Part shown: positions 23,329 to 24,000 of the stretch, one piece after another | Numbering within the stretch: the first letter of the stretch is position 1 | Layout: every line of letters begins with the position of its first letter | Assembly (NCBI GenBank): GCA_051747425.1 | Contig: JBNJGD010000009.1 | Location: 27,778 to 51,777 of the forward strand | Reading direction: 5' to 3' | From: Pseudomonadota bacterium | Lineage (GTDB): Bacteria > Pseudomonadota > Gammaproteobacteria > HTCC5015 | DNA length: 24,000 nt | Translations under genes and position numbers: made by a program | Notes under the pieces: model-generated | What the model saw: the letters and a program-made list of their open reading frames with translations, nothing else | Database searches by the model: none | What the model was told of the DNA's origin: nothing

Positions 23329-24000
23329 CTAGAGCAGGTTTTCCACCGCCGACTTCTCTTCCAGCAGTTCCTGCTCGGTAGCGCGCATACGCTTGCGGCT
23401 GAACTCGCTGATCTCCAGCCCCTCGACCGGCTTGTAGTCACCATTCTCACAGACCATGGGGAAGGAGTAGATGATGTCCTCATCAATATCGTACCCATTG
23501 CCCTTGGAGAACACGCCCATGCTGACCCACTCGCCGTCCGAGCCGAGGGCCCAGCTGCGCATGTGATCGATGGCCGCGGAGGCGGCAGAGGCCGCCGAGG
23601 AGGCGCCGCGAGCCTTGATGATGGCTGCGCCGCGCTGCTGAACCGTGGGAATGAAATCGTCTTCCAGCCAGTCCTGGTCAACCAGGTCGGAAGCGGCTTT
23701 GCCCTTGACCTCGGCAAAGCTGATATCGGGGTACTGAGTCGCCGAGTGGTTGCCCCAAACGGCCATTTTGGTGATATCGCTGACATGACTCTCGGTCTTT
23801 TGAGCCAGCTGGGTCAACGCGCGGTTGTGATCCAGGCGCATCATCGCGGTGATATTGCGCGGGTTCAGGTCCGGGGCGTTTTTCATCGTAATCAGGGCGT
23901 TGGTGTTGGCGGGGTTGCCCACCACCAGAACGCGCACATCGCGGCTGGCGTTGTCGTTGAGTGCCTTGCCCTGGGCCGAGAAGATCTGGGCGTTGGCCTG
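23329..24000 (-). CDS. mdh: Malate dehydrogenase (LDH-like cytosolic-type MDH); 5' end lies beyond the right window edge
   Basis: The frame is open to nt 24000. The translation [14 protein letters not shown] ... MMRLDHNRA ... [12 protein letters not shown] ... [21 protein letters not shown] is a textbook MDH sequence. Confidence 0.92.
   Translation of the reverse strand, partial: QANAQIFSAQGKALNDNASRDVRVLVVGNPANTNALITMKNAPDLNPRNITAMMRLDHNRALTQLAQKTESHVSDITKMAVWGNHSATQYPDISFAEVKGKAASDLVDQDWLEDDFIPTVQQRGAAIIKARGASSAASAASAAIDHMRSWALGSDGEWVSMGVFSKGNGYDIDEDIIYSFPMVCENGDYKPVEGLEISEFSRKRMRATEQELLEEKSAVENLL

Noticed and set aside
1-24000. Mobile elements, CRISPR arrays, tRNA/rRNA genes, integrase or transposase genes marking a genomic island
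   Set aside because: I recognised no transposase or integrase-like translation, no regularly spaced repeats and no tRNA-like sequence in the intergenic regions. Except for 13742-14058, 5189-5347 and 4224-4415, the intergenic gaps are too short to hold such elements. Island status therefore cannot be supported from this window.

Overview
GC-rich chromosomal segment with gammaproteobacterium-like gene content. I support 24 protein-coding genes, two of them cut by the window edges. By eye I found no rRNA, tRNA, CRISPR array, transposase or integrase. Many long antisense 'shadow' ORFs in the track are GC artefacts. Gene order, left to right: a 5'-truncated jacalin + ricin-B lectin (+); umuDC (-); a polytopic-membrane EAL c-di-GMP phosphodiesterase (-); a thiol/redox-looking block at 4.4-7.7 kb (six-Cys Met-rich secreted protein, PspE-like periplasmic rhodanese, DoxX, AhpD-like CMD protein, TetR regulator, small DoxX-like membrane protein); a six-gene same-strand block at 7.7-13.7 kb; deaD (+); a Kef-type K+ efflux gene (-); copL-copA-copB plus a 3D-domain lipoprotein (-); an acetyl-CoA hydrolase/transferase (-); and the 3' part of mdh (-). 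The six-gene block is the most interesting candidate. It encodes a lipoprotein methyltransferase, radical-SAM ArsS, a TVP38/DedA::FAD-disulfide-reductase fusion, ArsM, an ECF sigma factor and a short soluble zinc-finger (ZAS) anti-sigma. ArsM and ArsS are recognisable organoarsenical (arsenosugar-pathway) enzymes. As far as I know, their linkage to a membrane-anchored disulfide reductase, an exported methyltransferase and an ECF/ZAS switch (no ArsR is encoded in this window) is not a described system. Secondary observations: an alphaproteobacterial-type GTTC-N7-GTTC repeat where the umuDC SOS box should be; twin TetR-type operators; a rhodanese/DoxX/AhpD-like redox neighbourhood; and copLAB with no regulator gene in the window. 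All functional calls come from motif recognition in the translations. No database search was run.
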